From: Verrucomicrobiota bacterium
GTDB lineage: Bacteria > Verrucomicrobiota > Verrucomicrobiia > CAIQCK01
DNA: 64,000 nucleotides
Assembly (NCBI GenBank): GCA_026397915.1
Contig: JAPLTX010000044.1
Location: 22,779-86,778 of the forward strand
Direction: 5' to 3'
Within the stretch, counting starts at the first letter, position 1, and every line of letters begins with the position of its first letter. Under the pieces are notes generated by a model. That model was not told the DNA's origin. It saw nothing but the letters and a program-made list of their open reading frames with translations, and searched no databases. Made by a program: the position numbers and the translations under genes. Below are positions 55,344 to 63,835 of this stretch, in pieces.

Positions 55344-56858
55344 ATGAGAATCAAACACCTGTTGGTTGCCTGCGGCGTCCTGCTGATGACCGGTCTCGGC
55401 GTGTCGGGAGCGGCGCAGTCCAACCTCATCCGTGACGAGAACCAGAAGCCCGGCGCGCTCGACTGGCAGCTCACGCGTGTGCGGCTCGACAAGAACAACT
55501 ACCGCTCGCCGTGGATTGAAGGATATTGCTCGAAGCAGTCGGTGCTCGTCGGCGAGTCACTCGACATCATGGTGAGCACCGACCCGCCGGTGAAGTTCAA
55601 GATCGAGATCTTCCGCACCGGCTATTACGGCGGACGCGGCGCGCGGTTGATGACGACGCTGGGGCCGTTGCAGGGCGCGGCGCAGCCCATCCCGTCCATC
55701 ACCGAGAAGCGGTTGCGCGAGTGTCGCTGGAAGGCGTCCACTACATTGAAGATTCCCGCGGACTGGGTGAGCGGTGTCTATCTCGGCCGGCTCACGACGT
55801 TGCCCGACGCCGAGGACAAGCCGTATTGGCAGAGCTACGTCATCTTCATCGTCCGCGACACGCGCAAAGCCGACGTGCTCTTCCAGTGCAGCGACAACAC
55901 TTGGCAGGCTTATAACAAGTGGCCCATCAACGAGTCCCTCTACACCGACCCGCGCGGCGCCCATGCGCGCGAGGTGGCCTCCAGCTTCGACCGCCCCTAT
56001 GGCCGTGAGGGACAATACACCGGCATCGTCAACGACCCGCTCTCGGTTGGCTCTGGCGAGTTCCTGTTGTTCGAGCAACCGCTGGCTTACTTCCTCGAAC
56101 AGCACGGTTACGACGTGACCTATTGCTGCAACTGCGACTGCCTCGACGCGTCGCAGATCACGCGCTGCAAGACCTTCATCAGCGTCGGCCACGATGAGTA
56201 TTGGGACATCCCGCAGTATCACGCGGCAAAGGCCGCCATTGAAGCGGGCGTCAACTTCCTCTGGCTCAGCGGCAACTCCGTCTTCGGTGTCAGTGCGTTT
56301 TCGCCTTCTGCTGACGGCCGCCCCAACCGCATCATCACGCGCACCGGCCATTTCGGCGGTTTCACCGACGAAGACATGGCGAAGGCCGAGAAGATCATGA
56401 CGAAGGAATGGCGCCGCATCGGTCCCGACGAGAGCCTCATCATCGGCGCGCGGAGCATCATTCCCTTCAACGGCGGCGGCGACTGGATCGTCGTCAAACC
56501 GGGCCACTGGATGTTCAAAGGCACCGGCATGAAGAAAGGCGACTCCATCCCCGGCATCGTCGGCTGGGAACACCACGGCTCGCCCGCCAAACTCCCCGGC
56601 CTTGAAGTGGTCGCCGAGGGCACCGCTTGGGCCGGTGGCGACAACCCCGCCCACTGGACCGCCACCATCTTCCCCGGCCCGAAGAATAATTTCGTCTTCA
56701 ACGCCGCCACCATCTTCTGGGTGCAGGCGCTCTCCATGCCTCCCGGCCACACGCTGCCGTGGAGCCATTGGAACCGCCCGCACGGCCCCGACCCGCGCGT
56801 CCAGCAGATCATGCAGAACCTGCTTCAGAAGGCCGGTTGCAAGAGAACGGAGCGGTAA
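55344..56858 (+). CDS. Secreted DMFase-beta-like protein, copy 3
   Basis: Same motifs as copies 1 and 2. Confidence 0.78.
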   Translation: MRIKHLLVACGVLLMTGLGVSGAAQSNLIRDENQKPGALDWQLTRVRLDKNNYRSPWIEGYCSKQSVLVGESLDIMVSTDPPVKFKIEIFRTGYYGGRGARLMTTLGPLQGAAQPIPSITEKRLRECRWKASTTLKIPADWVSGVYLGRLTTLPDAEDKPYWQSYVIFIVRDTRKADVLFQCSDNTWQAYNKWPINESLYTDPRGAHAREVASSFDRPYGREGQYTGIVNDPLSVGSGEFLLFEQPLAYFLEQHGYDVTYCCNCDCLDASQITRCKTFISVGHDEYWDIPQYHAAKAAIEAGVNFLWLSGNSVFGVSAFSPSADGRPNRIITRTGHFGGFTDEDMAKAEKIMTKEWRRIGPDESLIIGARSIIPFNGGGDWIVVKPGHWMFKGTGMKKGDSIPGIVGWEHHGSPAKLPGLEVVAEGTAWAGGDNPAHWTATIFPGPKNNFVFNAATIFWVQALSMPPGHTLPWSHWNRPHGPDPRVQQIMQNLLQKAGCKRTER

Positions 56859-56898
56859 AGGTCAAGGCGCTGGGCCTGCTCTTGATTGCTCGGAGCGG

Positions 56899-57186
56899 CT
56901 AGATTTTTCTGGTTCTTTTCGGGGGTTTCTTGGCGGCTATGACGAACTCAGGCTCGATCCATATCGTATCAAATTCCAAGACCCCACTTCGCGACCTTTT
57001 GCTGGTAACCAGCAATGCAAGATCGCCATTCCGTTCAAACCCCTTGATCGGGAATGCCTTTCCTAAAGCACGCTCAAACACTCCGACCGTGTTCAAGCCG
57101 GGCACATTCTTCAGGCCAGGAGGAATCTGCGCGACAGTTACAAAGTCACCGATTTTGAACTGTGTCTTTTGTTTCTTCTGCTTCAT
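56899..57186 (-). CDS. Small basic hypothetical protein (SH3/KOW-like beta fold possible), lower GC
   Basis: FKIGDFV...IWIEPE; 95 aa. Confidence 0.5.
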   Translation of the reverse strand: MKQKKQKTQFKIGDFVTVAQIPPGLKNVPGLNTVGVFERALGKAFPIKGFERNGDLALLVTSKRSRSGVLEFDTIWIEPEFVIAAKKPPKRTRKI

Positions 57187-57251
57187 CTGGAGATCATCTC
57201 GCGGTTCGTTCAGCCTTGTAGTGGCTGGCGAGAAACGGTTGCCAATTTACG

Positions 57252-58709
57252 TTAGGTGCGACGAGCAATGTGCTGCATCAACTCATCCACCCGCCGTTTC
57301 ACCGATCCGTCCATCTTGATGATCGGCGGCCAGGGGCGGGTGTCGCGTTCGGCGGGGAGCTTGTGCGTGGCGTCAATGCCCATCTTGGAGCCGAAGCCCA
57401 TTACGGGCGTCGCGTGATCGAGCACGTCGGCGGGGCCTTTGGTCATCACGATATCGCGGGCCGGGTCCACATTGGCGCAGACGCGGAACGCCACCTCGCT
57501 CAGATTGCGGACGTTTACGTCGGCGTCAACAACGACGATGCACTTCGTGAACATCATCTGACCCATGCCCCAGAGGCCGTGCATCAGCTTCATCGCGTGG
57601 TAGGGGAAGCCCTTCTTGATCGAGACGACCACCATGTTGTGGAAGGCTCCTTCCGCCGGCAGGCACATGTCCACCAGTTCCGGGAAGTTCATTTTGAACA
57701 TCGGTAGGAACAGCCGCACGCTGGCGTCGCCGAGATAAAAATCCTCCATCGGCGGCCGGCCGACGATGGTGCTGGGATAAATCGCGTCGCGCCGGTGCGT
57801 GATGGCCGTGATGTGGAAGCGCGGATACGGTTCCGGCAGCGTGTAGTAGCCGGTGTGATCGCCGAACGGACCTTCCATGCCGAGTGGCTCCTTCGGGTCC
57901 ACGTAGCCTTCGAGGACGAAGTCGCAGTCGGCCGGCACTTCGATCGGAATCGTCTCGCATTTCACCATCTCCACCGACTTCTGCCGCAGATAACCGGCGA
58001 GCATCATCTCGTCCACGCCGTCCGGCAGCGGGGCGGTGGCGCTGAACGTGTAAACCGGATCGCCGCCGAGGCAGACCGCCACTGGCATCCGCGTTCCCAG
58101 TTCGACGTGACGGCGGAAGTGCCGCGCACCGGTCTTGTGCATCTGCCAGTGCATGAACGTCGTCTGGCGGTCAATCACCTGCATCCGATACATGCCGACG
58201 TTGCGTGCGCCGGTGTCGGGGTCAGTCGTGAAAACCATCGGCAATGAGAAGAACCGCTCCGCATCGTCCGGCCAGCATTTCTGGATCGGCAGCCGCGACA
58301 GGTCCACCGCGTCGTCCTTCAGCACGACCTCTTTGCACGGGCCGCTGCCGACACTCTTGGGTTTGGCGTGGCGCAACTCCAGCGCCGTGCCGAGCAGCTT
58401 CATCGCCTCGCTGAAGCTCGATGGCGGCTTGGCCTTCATCAATGACGCCATCTCATCCGCGCATTCGGCCACCGTCCGTCCCAGCACCAGTGACATTCGC
58501 TTCTCGGAACCCCATGCGTTGATCAACAGTGGGAATTGTGCGCCTTTCGTCTTCTCGAACAGCAACGCTTTGCCGCCGGCGGGAGACTTCATCTGTCGGT
58601 CGGCAAACTCGCTGATCTCCAGCACGGGGTCCACCTCGAACGGCACGCGGATCAGTTCGCCCTCGTGGTCGAGGCGTTCGACGAATTCGCGTAGAGAGGA
58701 GTAGGCCAT
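57252..58709 (-). CDS. UbiD-family decarboxylase (menaquinone-biosynthesis-associated type)
   Basis: RNVGMYR, EGPFGDHTGYY, GRPPMED, LWGMGQMMFTK, SKMGIDAT. Confidence 0.9.
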   Translation of the reverse strand: MAYSSLREFVERLDHEGELIRVPFEVDPVLEISEFADRQMKSPAGGKALLFEKTKGAQFPLLINAWGSEKRMSLVLGRTVAECADEMASLMKAKPPSSFSEAMKLLGTALELRHAKPKSVGSGPCKEVVLKDDAVDLSRLPIQKCWPDDAERFFSLPMVFTTDPDTGARNVGMYRMQVIDRQTTFMHWQMHKTGARHFRRHVELGTRMPVAVCLGGDPVYTFSATAPLPDGVDEMMLAGYLRQKSVEMVKCETIPIEVPADCDFVLEGYVDPKEPLGMEGPFGDHTGYYTLPEPYPRFHITAITHRRDAIYPSTIVGRPPMEDFYLGDASVRLFLPMFKMNFPELVDMCLPAEGAFHNMVVVSIKKGFPYHAMKLMHGLWGMGQMMFTKCIVVVDADVNVRNLSEVAFRVCANVDPARDIVMTKGPADVLDHATPVMGFGSKMGIDATHKLPAERDTRPWPPIIKMDGSVKRRVDELMQHIARRT

Positions 58710-58737
58710 ATCAAACATCCCACGACGGAGTCGCGGG

Positions 58738-59136
58738 CTACGGTTTATATAACGGTGCCGGTCGGTAAATCAGGTGTAGGATGTTTCCCTCTGGGTCTCG
58801 GAAGAAAACAACCTTGGCTCCGCCGGCGCCTTCCTTGGGCGGTTCGATGAAGTTGACCTTCTTCGCCTGCAGCACGGCGTAGGCTTTGTCGAAGTCGTCC
58901 ACGACGATGGCGAGATGGCGGAGCCCCGGATCGCTTAGCGCCGGCGTCGTTTCCGGCCAGGCTTTCTTGCAAGGGATGATCTCGATCAAGCCGCCGTTTT
59001 TGGTGGCGAGGAAGAAGGCTGGCGGTGTCTCTTTGTTGTCGAGGACGACGGCCCATCCAAGCGTTTCCCGATACCAGCGCGCCAGCGCCGCGCTGTCACG
59101 CGCCAGAATGCCGATGTGTTCGATGCCTTTGAACAT
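58738..59136 (-). CDS. VOC/glyoxalase family protein
   Basis: IEHIG, GLRHLAI, FFRDPEGN. Confidence 0.88.
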   Translation of the reverse strand: MFKGIEHIGILARDSAALARWYRETLGWAVVLDNKETPPAFFLATKNGGLIEIIPCKKAWPETTPALSDPGLRHLAIVVDDFDKAYAVLQAKKVNFIEPPKEGAGGAKVVFFRDPEGNILHLIYRPAPLYKP

Positions 59137-59176
59137 GACCATTCCTTCCTTTTCCATTTCCAGTTTGTCTCCGCAC

Positions 59177-59247
59177 TGTAGCGGCGGTCTATGACCGCCG
59201 AAACTCTCTACGAAATGGACAACCGGCAGTCATAGACCGTGGCTACA
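59177..59247. repeat. GTAG-family REP inverted pair (REPIN-like)
   Basis: TGTAGCGGCGGTCTATGACCGCCG ... CGGCAGTCATAGACCGTGGCTACA. Confidence 0.78.
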
Positions 59248-59253
59248 ACGAGG

Positions 59254-59814
59254 TTACAGCTTTGGGTTGTCTATAAACGCGTAGCAGAGAATGTGGGTGA
59301 CGATGAAGAAACAATCCTCCAGCCGACCGTAATGCGTGCTGGGGATTGGCATGTAGATATCGCTTGCCGCGCGCAGCGGTGTGGGCGCGTCCTTGCCGAT
59401 GCCAATGGTGCGCAGGCCGTGTTCTCGGGCCCATTGCTGGGCGAGCACGACGTTCTTGCTGGTGCCGGAGCAGCTCATGCCGACGAGCACGTCGCCCGGT
59501 TCGGCAAAATTCTTCAACTGCTCGAGAAACACCACATCGTAGCTGATGTCGTTGGCCAGCGCGGTGATCCACGGAATCTGGTCGGTGAGAGTGATGATCT
59601 TGAACCGCTTGGGTCGGTCCAGCGAGGCGCCTTTGCCGATGTCCACAACCATCTGGCTGGCAATGGCCGCGGAACCGCCGTTGCCGGTGACGAACACGCG
59701 GCGGTCGCGATCGCGCGCCTCGCGCAAAGCCTCAACCGCGCGCTCGATGGCGCTACTGTCGAGACGGCCGATGAGTTGCTGCAAATCAGTGAGATAAGAG
59801 GCGGCGTAGCTCAT
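59254..59814 (-). CDS. SIS-domain protein, sedoheptulose-7-phosphate isomerase (GmhA)-like
   Basis: GNGGSA, TALAND, SCSGTSKNV, LED. Confidence 0.82.
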   Translation of the reverse strand: MSYAASYLTDLQQLIGRLDSSAIERAVEALREARDRDRRVFVTGNGGSAAIASQMVVDIGKGASLDRPKRFKIITLTDQIPWITALANDISYDVVFLEQLKNFAEPGDVLVGMSCSGTSKNVVLAQQWAREHGLRTIGIGKDAPTPLRAASDIYMPIPSTHYGRLEDCFFIVTHILCYAFIDNPKL

Positions 59815-59835
59815 GAGGGCAGGGTGACGGGTTTG

Positions 59836-60237
59836 TTACGGACGCTGCCGTGTGAGATGGATGGCAACGTAAGCGGTGTCGGGCAGGGCGAACTTGCGGA
59901 TCTCGACCGACACGTTGGAGAAGCGGAAGTTGGAATGGAGGCATTGGATGATGTCGCCGGCCATGGCTTCGATCAGCCGCCAGCTTTTTTCCAGCACCTG
60001 CTGCTTTACTTTCTCGCACACGCGCTGGTAGTCAACGGAATGAACAAGCTGGTCGGTGCGGGCGGCCATGCTGAGGTCGCGGGTCATTTCCATCGTCACC
60101 AGCAGCTTTTGACGCTGGGAACGTTCTTCGTTGGTGACGCCAACGTGACACCACACCTCGAGGTCTTTGATGACGATCACGTCCTCAAAAACCTCAACTG
60201 GCGCTGCGCCGGGTCTAACTTCGCGTGATACGAGCAT
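59836..60237 (-). CDS. folB: Dihydroneopterin aldolase
   Basis: HVGVTNEER..Q, SVDY, LIE, EIRK. Confidence 0.88.
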   Translation of the reverse strand: MLVSREVRPGAAPVEVFEDVIVIKDLEVWCHVGVTNEERSQRQKLLVTMEMTRDLSMAARTDQLVHSVDYQRVCEKVKQQVLEKSWRLIEAMAGDIIQCLHSNFRFSNVSVEIRKFALPDTAYVAIHLTRQRP

Positions 60238-61288
60238 AAGTTTCTATCAAAATCCGTGTCGGTTTGTTCAATTCGAGCTTAAGTGCATCCTCCGTCGAAA
60301 TCCAACGAAAATCTTCCAGTTCTTCGTTTAGCTGCACCACCGTCGCATCCGCCCGGCAGGTGAAGTTCAGCAGCAGGAAATGCTCGCGCCGGTAAAATTC
60401 CGCCGACTCAATGCAATCCTGTGCCATCACAAACCGGATGTCGCGCACGTCCAGCCCGGTCTCCTCCTTCATCTCGCGCGCCAGCGCTGCCTCCATCGGC
60501 TCGCCGTAGCGGACCTTGCCGCCGGGAATGCCCCACGAGCGGTTCCACTTCGGTGTGCGCACCATCAGGCACTCGCCGCGCGCGTTGAAGATGAGCGCGC
60601 CGACCGTGACGATGGGCTGCCGGCGTTCCGCCTGCGGCGCGCGCGGGCCGAGCGACCGCTCAAACATCTGCTGCAGTTCGCCGAGGTGCTCGACGATGAG
60701 GTCGGGTCCGGCGGGACGTAGTTTTTCCAGCTTGTCGAAGCCGGTGAGCACCACGCACGACTTCACACCGCCGTGCCGCGCCGTCTCGATGTCGTGGACC
60801 ATATCGCCGACGTAAAGCGCGCTCTCCGGGTCGAGGTTGTTGCTTTGGATGACCCGATGGATTTCCGCCATCTTGTCCATGATGCCGACGTAAGCGCCTT
60901 CGTAGAAGTGATTGATGCCGAGCCGCCCGCAAAGCCGCTCGAACACCACAGGATCCATCGTCGAGAGCACAAACATCCGCAAGCCGTGGTTGCGAGCAAA
61001 CTCCAGAAACTCCCGCGCGTGCGGCAGCAGCACCACCTCGTCCTGGATGGTGTTGAACCGCTCGAAATAATAGTCGTCTATCTCCTCCAGTGATTGCGTC
61101 GGCAGGTAGCGGCGGTAGAACGGCAGGAAGGGCAGGCAGAACTCCTCGCGAAACGTTTCTCGGCTGATCGGCGCGACGCCAAACTTCTCGAAACAATAAT
61201 TTGTCGCGTCCCAGACCGTCGCCAAGTCGTCCACAATCGTCCCCGACCAGTCGAGGATGAGCGCTTCGATGTTCTTCAACTCCAACAT
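60215..61288 (-). CDS. HAD-family phosphatase fused to a C-terminal Nudix hydrolase
   Basis: HAD motif I DWSGT, motif IV VGDMVHD; perfect Nudix box GKVRYGEPMEAALAREMKEETGL. Confidence 0.88.
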   Translation of the reverse strand: MLELKNIEALILDWSGTIVDDLATVWDATNYCFEKFGVAPISRETFREEFCLPFLPFYRRYLPTQSLEEIDDYYFERFNTIQDEVVLLPHAREFLEFARNHGLRMFVLSTMDPVVFERLCGRLGINHFYEGAYVGIMDKMAEIHRVIQSNNLDPESALYVGDMVHDIETARHGGVKSCVVLTGFDKLEKLRPAGPDLIVEHLGELQQMFERSLGPRAPQAERRQPIVTVGALIFNARGECLMVRTPKWNRSWGIPGGKVRYGEPMEAALAREMKEETGLDVRDIRFVMAQDCIESAEFYRREHFLLLNFTCRADATVVQLNEELEDFRWISTEDALKLELNKPTRILIETYARITRS

Positions 61289-61372
61289 ATCGCGTTCACG
61301 ATAACCGCGGAACCGCAAAACGCAAAAGGGGAATCGTTCGTTCCAGCTCAGCCAAGCTTGGAGTCGAACGAA

Positions 61373-61519
61373 CCCCTCACCCCGGCCCTCTCCCCGTTTG
61401 ACGGGGAGAGGGAGAATCGCCGCTTGTTGCTTTGCGCCTTACTGAATAGTGCTCATGCTCGCAACAGAGGAAACCAATTCCCTCGCCCCATCCGATGGGG
61501 AGAGGGTTAGGGTGAGGGG
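61373..61519. repeat. Inverted pair of CCCCTCACCC-type palindromic repeats (left of DUF559)
   Basis: CCCCTCACCCCGGCCCTCTCCCCGTttgACGGGGAGAGGG ... CCCTCGCCCCATCCGATGGGGAGAGGGTTAGGGTGAGGGG. Confidence 0.88.
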
Positions 61520-61586
61520 TAGCGGCGGGAGTGAGAATGCGAAACAGAGCTTGCCGTGCGTGGTGTTGCAGTCGCAGACTCCGGCC

Positions 61587-61952
61587 ATGCCCTCGCAAAT
61601 TGCGCGTTTGTTGAGGAAGCGGCCGACGCCAGCGGAGAAACTGCTTTGGCGCTGGCTGCGAGGCCGTCGCTTCTCTGGCTTCAAGTTTAGGCGGCAGCAT
61701 CCGATCGGCGATTACGTCTTGGACTTCTACTGCTGCGATGCGAGGCTCGACATCGAACTCGACGGTGGCGGTCACAACGAGTGTGCGCAAGAGTTGCGTG
61801 ACAAGAGACGCGATGAGTTTCTGAAAGCCCAAGGCATTCTGGTGTTGCGCTTCCCAAATCTCTCGTTGCTGAAGAACGCCGATGGCGTGCGGACGATGAT
61901 CTGGGAGGCGCTGCACGAGCGAACCGCCGGGCAGCGGCGAAACTCCCGCTAG
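61587..61952 (+). CDS. DUF559 (Vsr-like) endonuclease domain protein
   Basis: ARLLRK..TPAEKLLW..LR, KFRRQHPIG, DFYC, IELDGGGH, DKRRD, VLRF. Confidence 0.9.
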   Translation: MPSQIARLLRKRPTPAEKLLWRWLRGRRFSGFKFRRQHPIGDYVLDFYCCDARLDIELDGGGHNECAQELRDKRRDEFLKAQGILVLRFPNLSLLKNADGVRTMIWEALHERTAGQRRNSR

Positions 61953-61963
61953 AACGCACGCGG

Positions 61964-62155
61964 CCCCTCATCCCGACCTTCTCCCCATCGGATGGGGAGA
62001 AGGAGGAACTCTCTTCGCATTCAACGCTGCATTGGGAATTCAACCAGTTTTCAGACGGCGAAGCATCGCAAGCGTTACCAAGAGCAGATGCATTTGTGCA
62101 AAGCGGAGTCTGCTTCCCTCTCTCCATCCGATGGGGAGAGGGTCAGGGTGAGGGG
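61964..62155. repeat. Inverted pair of CCCCTCACCC-type palindromic repeats (right of DUF559)
   Basis: CCCCTCATCCCGACCTTCTCCCCATCGGATGGGGAGAAGG ... CCCTCTCTCCATCCGATGGGGAGAGGGTCAGGGTGAGGGG. Confidence 0.88.
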
Positions 62156-62190
62156 AGTTGTTCGTTAACGCCAGCCGCCATGCTCCCGCC

Positions 62191-63546
62191 TCAGATCTCT
62201 TTCCACTGGCTCTGAACCGGCACCGGGAACTGTCCGTTAGCGTCGGCCTTGGCGGGCGGCGGGCTGTTCTCGTTCAACGCGTCGGGGTTCTCGCAGAACT
62301 GGAAGTTGGACTTCATCATCTCGTCCCACGTGACCATCTGGCCCGTGTGGCAGGCCGCGCGGCCCATGAGCGTCGTCATGTCGGAATAACACGCGCGCTT
62401 GCATTCGTTGTGCGGCAGATCGTTGCGGATGCTCGTGATGAAGTCGTTCCATTCGTATTGCCACGGGCTGACAGTGTCCGGGGTGGGCGACCACGCGATG
62501 TTGTCGCTGTCGGTCCGCTGGTCCTTGAAGCGGTGGACCGTCGGCGCGTGGACGTTGCCGGAGAACTGCGCGGCGCACTTGGTGCCGTGGATGTAGGTGG
62601 CAAAGTCGCTGCGGGCCTTGTTGATCCGGTAGAAACCGCAGAACGCCTTCGAGCCGTCGGCGAAGGTGTATTCGATGGAATAGTTGTCCAGGTTCTGCCC
62701 GCAATCCTTGCTATCCGCCACGCGCCCCGCCATGCCGACCGCCGAGACCGGCCACCCGTCCTTGATCCAGCAACACTCGTCTATCTGGTGGATGAGATAA
62801 TCCACCATGTGGCCCGAACCGATCCAGTAGAGATGGATGCGGCCAAACTGGAGCTGCTCCAGCAGGTTGTTGGACTTCTCGCCCTGACTCTTGAGCATGA
62901 TCGTGCCGCCGAGACGGTTGGCGCGGATCAACGGAATCTCGCCCAGCTTGCCCTCGCGCACCTGCTGGATCATTGCCTGCCGCGCAGGCGAATGCCGGCA
63001 CTGGAAGCCGGCGGCGATCTTCACACCCTTCTTCTCCGCCTCCTGGCCCGCGCGGAGCAGCCGGTGTAAGCCGCCCGGATCGGGCGCGAACGGTTTCTCC
63101 ATGAACACATTGATGCCCTTCTTCACGGCATACTCGACATGCGTGGGGCGGATGTAAGCGCGCGTCGTGCACATCGCGATGTCGCCGGGCCGGAGCGTAT
63201 CAATCGCCTTCTTATAGGCGTCGAAGCCGAGGAACTTCCGGTCGTCCACCACAATCCTGTCGCCGAACTTCTGCTTCAGCGTGTCATGGACCTTGCCCAG
63301 CGTGGTCCCGTTCAGATCGGCCATCGCGTGGAGCTTCACCGGCCCGTAGTTCTGCACCCCCATCGCGTCGCCGACCGCGCCGGTGCCGCGGTGACCGCAG
63401 CCAATGAGCGCGAGGCGGATCGCGTGGTCGTCGGCGGCGTGAACGGCGGGCAGCGCGCCGAGCACACTGGCGCCCGCGGCGAGCGAACTGGTTTGCTTGA
63501 TGAACTCACGGCGGGTGGATTTCGGAGCGAGGCTGGCTTCGTTCAT
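62191..63546 (-). CDS. Tat-exported Gfo/Idh/MocA oxidoreductase
   Basis: TRREFIK signal, IGCGHRG, FMEKP. Confidence 0.9.
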   Translation of the reverse strand: MNEASLAPKSTRREFIKQTSSLAAGASVLGALPAVHAADDHAIRLALIGCGHRGTGAVGDAMGVQNYGPVKLHAMADLNGTTLGKVHDTLKQKFGDRIVVDDRKFLGFDAYKKAIDTLRPGDIAMCTTRAYIRPTHVEYAVKKGINVFMEKPFAPDPGGLHRLLRAGQEAEKKGVKIAAGFQCRHSPARQAMIQQVREGKLGEIPLIRANRLGGTIMLKSQGEKSNNLLEQLQFGRIHLYWIGSGHMVDYLIHQIDECCWIKDGWPVSAVGMAGRVADSKDCGQNLDNYSIEYTFADGSKAFCGFYRINKARSDFATYIHGTKCAAQFSGNVHAPTVHRFKDQRTDSDNIAWSPTPDTVSPWQYEWNDFITSIRNDLPHNECKRACYSDMTTLMGRAACHTGQMVTWDEMMKSNFQFCENPDALNENSPPPAKADANGQFPVPVQSQWKEI

Positions 63547-63643
63547 GATGTCCTTTCAGATTGATGATGACGGACGCGGAAAACCGATGCCCTGCGTTGT
63601 ATCAGCTTCGCAATTCAACGCCAAGACGTTTCGCTTGCGCTTC

Positions 63644-63714
63644 GTAGGCCCGCGACTTCGTCGAGGGACATCATTATCAATATCAATCATGCCCGCCACG
63701 GAGTGGCGGGCTAC
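63644..63714. repeat. Degenerate GTAG-family REP inverted pair
   Basis: GTAGGCCCGCGACttcGTCGAGGG ... GCCCGCCACggaGTGGCGGGCTAC. Confidence 0.65.
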
Positions 63715-63724
63715 TTGGCTGCCA

Positions 63725-63835
63725 TCAATACGTCCTCATGAACATGAACACCACCACTGCAAGTATGATGAGCACAACCACAGCCAGCCAGTTCGACAAT
63801 CCGAAATGGCGGAACCATCTCCAAAACCTGCTCAT
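63725..63835 (-). CDS. Possible 36-aa single-pass membrane peptide
   Basis: Hand translation MSRFWRWFRHFGLSNWLAVVVLIILAVVVFMFMRTY; below ORF-track size. Confidence 0.35.
   Translation of the reverse strand: MSRFWRWFRHFGLSNWLAVVVLIILAVVVFMFMRTY

Noticed and set aside
57190-57257. attC site at the UbiD stop (ACCTAAC on minus strand) before the low-GC small gene
   Set aside because: No matching L boxes or GTT core at a suitable distance.
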